Origin: Chiloscyllium plagiosum
Lineage: Eukaryota
Length of the DNA: 64,000 nucleotides
Assembly (NCBI RefSeq): GCF_004010195.1
Contig: NC_057749.1
Span: 18,965,538-19,029,537, forward strand
Reading direction: 5' to 3'
The position numbers and the translations under genes are program-made. The notes under the pieces were generated by a model. The model did no database searches and was not told where the DNA came from. It worked only from the letters and a program-made list of their open reading frames with translations. Shown here piece after piece: positions 63,393-64,000 of the stretch (positions are counted from its first letter, which is position 1; the number at the start of each line of letters is the position of its first letter).

Positions 63393-64000
63393 GCAACCGT
63401 CAAAAATTGCTAAGTGATGAAAATTGGCTTTTGTATTAGATGATGACATTGCCTTTCGAGGCCAGAGGGTCTGTCCTTGACATATGTTTTAACATTGTCT
63501 GAACAGGTTGATTGAAGTTATCAACAATGACATTGCTTAATTGAAATCAATTTTAGAAGCATTTGTGTTAACCATGAAGAAAAAGTAGTTTGGGTTAGTA
63601 ATACGGAAAATAATTATACATCAGTCTTCTGTCATTCAGAGGCCTGACTATTTTTTTCATTTTTTTCACCCATTCAGGAGAGATTTCCATTATCATTGAA
63701 TGCTTAATGCATGATACTGAGATATATTGTGGAGATGTTATTAAATGAAAGCTTTGTAGCTATAAAACAAGTTTCAGCTGTTTGCTTCTCAGCCAGGTGA
63801 GGAGCATCATATGAAGATCAGAATTATAATGGTTAAGGCACAGTAACTGTATGGAACAATAGGCCTTTTCCTGGCTGCCATTTCTTTTGTATGTTCATTA
63901 ACTCTAAGAATAAGCATTAACTGTTCAATAACTGCTCAATTTGCGTGCAGAAAGATTGGGGATGGAGGAGGAGGAATTTGTTACACTTGTAGCAATATGT

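Noticed and set aside
1..64000. CRISPR arrays, prokaryotic operons, rRNA or viral genes
   Set aside because: No regularly spaced repeat-spacer units or dense gene-length ORFs; the content is vertebrate intron with retroelements

Overview
Vertebrate genomic DNA, very probably a cartilaginous fish (shark), judging by the HE1-type V-SINEs, the HER1/CR1 LINEs and the abundant Penelope-like elements. The window lies inside one large + strand gene of the PTPN9 (PTP-MEG2) family. Four internal coding exons were found (34710-34834, 37426-37531, 40924-41034, 44787-45106). They have canonical AG/GT sites and matching phases, and encode the C-terminal part of the Sec14/CRAL-TRIO domain and the linker into the phosphatase domain. 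No upstream exons and no catalytic PTP exons were recognised, so the rest is read as intron. It is densely filled with CR1 LINEs (ORF1 zinc-finger/leucine zipper plus SGNH esterase, ORF2 endonuclease/RT), Penelope-like elements of at least two clades and their short palindromic derivatives, V-SINEs, a Rex1/Babar fragment and a hAT-Charlie transposase fossil; there are four assembly gaps. The main observations are: minimal hammerhead-ribozyme cores in the Penelope termini; two paralogous copies of a local duplication each hit by a different retroelement at almost the same nucleotide; a TSD-bounded Penelope-SINE composite; a ~700 bp fold-back inverted duplication; residues suggesting the non-mammalian PTPN9-like paralog; and a candidate 54-nt cassette exon. 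No convincing wholly new biological system is supported; everything was read by eye without searches, and boundaries of old repeats are approximate.
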